Shown here: positions 61,844 through 64,000 of the stretch, one piece after another | Layout of the letters: each line of letters starts with the position of its first letter | Numbering within the stretch: position 1 is the first letter of the stretch | DNA from: Pirellulales bacterium | GTDB lineage: Bacteria > Planctomycetota > Planctomycetia > Pirellulales > JBGAPH01 | Assembly: GCA_046349955.1 (NCBI GenBank) | Contig: JAXMBI010000030.1 | Coordinates: forward strand, 17,302-81,301 | Length of the DNA stretch: 64,000 nt | Direction of reading: 5' to 3' | Translations under genes and position numbers: made by a program | Notes under the pieces: generated by a model | Databases searched by the model: none | The model's input: only the letters and a program-made list of their open reading frames with translations | What the model was told of the DNA's origin: nothing

Positions 61844-64000
61844 TCACGCGTTGCGCTTCTCCAGTTGCATGTTCAGAGCCAGCCCGCGGATTTCGTTGGT
61901 CAGCACGTCGAAGCTGGCGGGCGTGCCGGCTTCGAGCGTGTTTTCTCCCTTGACCATCGACTCGTAAATCTTGGTGCGGCCTTCCACGTCGTCGCTCTTC
62001 ACCGTCAGCAACTCCTGCAGAATGTAGGCGGCCCCGTAGGCTTCCAGCGCCCAGACTTCCATTTCCCCGAACCGCTGACCGCCGAACCGCGCCTTGCCGC
62101 CCAGCGGCTGCTGAGTAATGAGCGAGTAGGGCCCGGTCGAGCGGGCATGCACCTTGTCGTCGACCAGGTGGTGCAGCTTGAGCATGTAGATGTAGCCCAC
62201 GGTCGTCTGCTGCTCGAACGGCTCGCCCGTGCGGCCATCGAAGAGTTGACTCTTGCCGGTGGTCGGCAAGCCGGCCGCCTTCAGGCACTCGTGGATGTCG
62301 CCCTCGGTCGCCCCGTCGAACACGGGGGTCACCGCCTGGAAGCCCAGCTTGGCGCCGGCCCAACCCAGGTGCGTTTCCAGAATCTGGCCCACATTCATAC
62401 GGCTGGGCACGCCCAGCGGGTTGAGCATGATTTGCAGCGAGGTGCCATCGGCCAAAAAGGGCATGTCTTCCTCGGGCAGGATCTTGGCGATCACGCCCTT
62501 GTTGCCGTGACGACCGGCCATCTTGTCGCCGACCGAGATCACGCGCTTGGCCGAGATGTAGACCTTGACCATTTGCAACACGCCGGAGCGGAGCTCGTCG
62601 CCGCGCTTCATCGAGTTGAGCTTGCGGTCGCGCTCGTCGATGGCCAATTCCACGGCCGGCCACTGCGTCTTGTGGATTTTTTCGACGTCGGCTTTGCGCT
62701 GCGGGCTGCGAATGTCGAGGTTGTCGAGCTTGAAGAGCAACGCCCGCTCGGCCACGAACTTGTGTTCCTGGTCGCGCACCAGAGGGTTGCCGTCTTCATC
62801 GGTCAAGGGGCGTTGGAGCACCTCCTCGATCTCGGCCACCATGGCGCCGAAGGCGGCCGAGATCGCCGCGTTGCCCTCGGCCTCAGCCTCCTTGAGGGCT
62901 TTCTCGAAGGCCTTGCGCTCATCTTCCGACAAGCTCATCCGCCGCGAGAACTTCTGCGTGTCGATCACGATTCCTTCGATGCCCGAGGGAACTTCGAGCG
63001 AATCGTTCTTCACGTCTTCGCCGGCCCGGCCGAAGATGGCGTGCAGCAGTTTTTCTTCGGGCGTGAGCTCCGTCTTCGACTTGGGCGAGACCTTGCCGAC
63101 GAGGATGTCGCCGGGCCGCACGAACGTGCCCACCCGAACGATGCCCCCTTCGTCGAGATTGCGGAGGGCCCGCTCGCTGACGTTGGGAATGTCGCGGGTG
63201 AATTCCTCGCGGCCGAGCTTCGTCTCGCGAATCTCGATGTCGAACTCTTCGATGTGGATCGAGGTGTACGTGTCGTCCTTCACCAGCTCTTCGCTGATGA
63301 TGATGGCGTCTTCGAAGTTGAAGCCGTCCCAGGCCATGAAACCCACGAGCACGTTGCGGCCCAAGGCCAACTCGCCCTGGAAGGTGGCGGCGCCGTCGGC
63401 GATCACCTGGCCCTTTTCGACCTTCTGACCGAGCTGAATGATCGGCTTCTGGTTCTGGCAGGTGCGCTCGTTCAGGCCGACGAACTTCCGCAACTTGTAG
63501 ACGTCGCCGCCGATCTCGATGCGGTCGGCATCGACATAGGTCACCGTGCCCTTGCGGCGGGCCCGCACGAGCATGCCCGAGTTGCGGGCAACGTCGCGCT
63601 CCATGCCGGTGGCCACGATCGGCGGCTCGGCCACGAGCAGGGGCACCGCTTGCCGCTGCATGTTGGAGCCCATGAGCGCGCGGTTGGCGTCGTCGTGTTC
63701 GAGGAACGGAATCAAGCCGGCCGATACGCCCACCATTTGGCTGGGCGCCACGTCGATATACTGCACCTTGTCGAGCGGCACCATCTCGAAGTCGGCCCGG
63801 TAGCGGGCGACGATGTTCTCGCCCACCAGCTTGCCCTTGTCGTCGATCGCGGCGTCGGCCGGGGCGAGGTAGGCTTCGTTTTCTTGATCGGCCCGCAGCC
63901 AGGTGATCTCTTCGGCCACCTTGCCCTTGGTCACTTTGCGGTAGGGGGTGACCAGGAAGCCGTATTCGTCGACTGCCGAGTAGATCGCCAAACTCGAGAT
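61844..64000 (-). CDS. rpoB: DNA-directed RNA polymerase subunit beta (3' portion; 5' end beyond window)
   Basis: The frame stays open to base 64000 (...[23 protein letters not shown]...). Conserved blocks include [26 protein letters not shown] and [20 protein letters not shown]. The stop is at 61844. Confidence 0.98.
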   Translation of the reverse strand: MSSLAIYSAVDEYGFLVTPYRKVTKGKVAEEITWLRADQENEAYLAPADAAIDDKGKLVGENIVARYRADFEMVPLDKVQYIDVAPSQMVGVSAGLIPFLEHDDANRALMGSNMQRQAVPLLVAEPPIVATGMERDVARNSGMLVRARRKGTVTYVDADRIEIGGDVYKLRKFVGLNERTCQNQKPIIQLGQKVEKGQVIADGAATFQGELALGRNVLVGFMAWDGFNFEDAIIISEELVKDDTYTSIHIEEFDIEIRETKLGREEFTRDIPNVSERALRNLDEGGIVRVGTFVRPGDILVGKVSPKSKTELTPEEKLLHAIFGRAGEDVKNDSLEVPSGIEGIVIDTQKFSRRMSLSEDERKAFEKALKEAEAEGNAAISAAFGAMVAEIEEVLQRPLTDEDGNPLVRDQEHKFVAERALLFKLDNLDIRSPQRKADVEKIHKTQWPAVELAIDERDRKLNSMKRGDELRSGVLQMVKVYISAKRVISVGDKMAGRHGNKGVIAKILPEEDMPFLADGTSLQIMLNPLGVPSRMNVGQILETHLGWAGAKLGFQAVTPVFDGATEGDIHECLKAAGLPTTGKSQLFDGRTGEPFEQQTTVGYIYMLKLHHLVDDKVHARSTGPYSLITQQPLGGKARFGGQRFGEMEVWALEAYGAAYILQELLTVKSDDVEGRTKIYESMVKGENTLEAGTPASFDVLTNEIRGLALNMQLEKRNA

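Noticed and set aside
57660-61967. 1435-aa plus-strand ORF spanning almost all of rpoC
   Set aside because: It is the mirror frame of the highly conserved rpoC. Its composition is dominated by A, G, D, H, L, R and V with no protein-like motifs. It is an antisense shadow ORF.

Overview
This is a GC-rich 64-kb bacterial chromosomal segment with a strong third-codon-position GC bias. The gene content looks like Planctomycetota, possibly Pirellulales-like, but that taxonomic call is inference only. The supporting content is a giant TPR-secretin, an ECF sigma / Ser-Thr kinase pair, PEP-CTERM proteins, a HEAT-repeat lipoprotein, a BatA-like vWA protein, a DUF1080-like sensor domain and a Flp pilin. 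Housekeeping anchors are rpoB (partial) and rpoC at the right end, dnaE, rplM-rpsI and dprA. I call about 45 protein-coding genes, several hairpin terminators, two weak promoter candidates and a small family of palindromic intergenic repeats. I found no rRNA, tRNA, CRISPR, transposase or integrase. The most interesting block is a ten-gene minus-strand cluster at 32.4-42.3 kb. In transcription order it encodes a NeuD/PglD-type acyltransferase, an ACP, an SDR, a second ACP, an AMP-ligase, an Fe-alcohol dehydrogenase, a LuxE::LuxC fusion, a KAS III and a methyltransferase. Its core is collinear with the Vibrio cholerae O1 rfbK-L-M-N(-O) tetronate-acylation genes, yet it has no sugar-nucleotide or glycosyltransferase genes, and copies of a palindromic repeat bracket the LuxE::LuxC gene. 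Other notable items: (1) an ECF sigma gene overlapping a Hanks kinase whose N-terminus carries a zinc anti-sigma (ZAS) ligand pattern, followed by an overlapping Cys-rich small ORF; (2) a secreted Q/N/G/F-rich prion-like protein with a Cys/Tyr/Trp-rich segment and a CARDB-like domain; (3) a bacterial CaMKII-hub-domain protein translationally abutted to a [2Fe-2S] ferredoxin; (4) a 1062-aa protein with many secretin-N modules but no secretin barrel, carrying Gly/Arg/Phe-rich segments near its N-terminus, internally and at its C-terminus; (5) a 1428-aa orphan secretin. Many very long ORFs in the six-frame track are antisense shadows of real genes, as expected at this GC content, and I rejected them.
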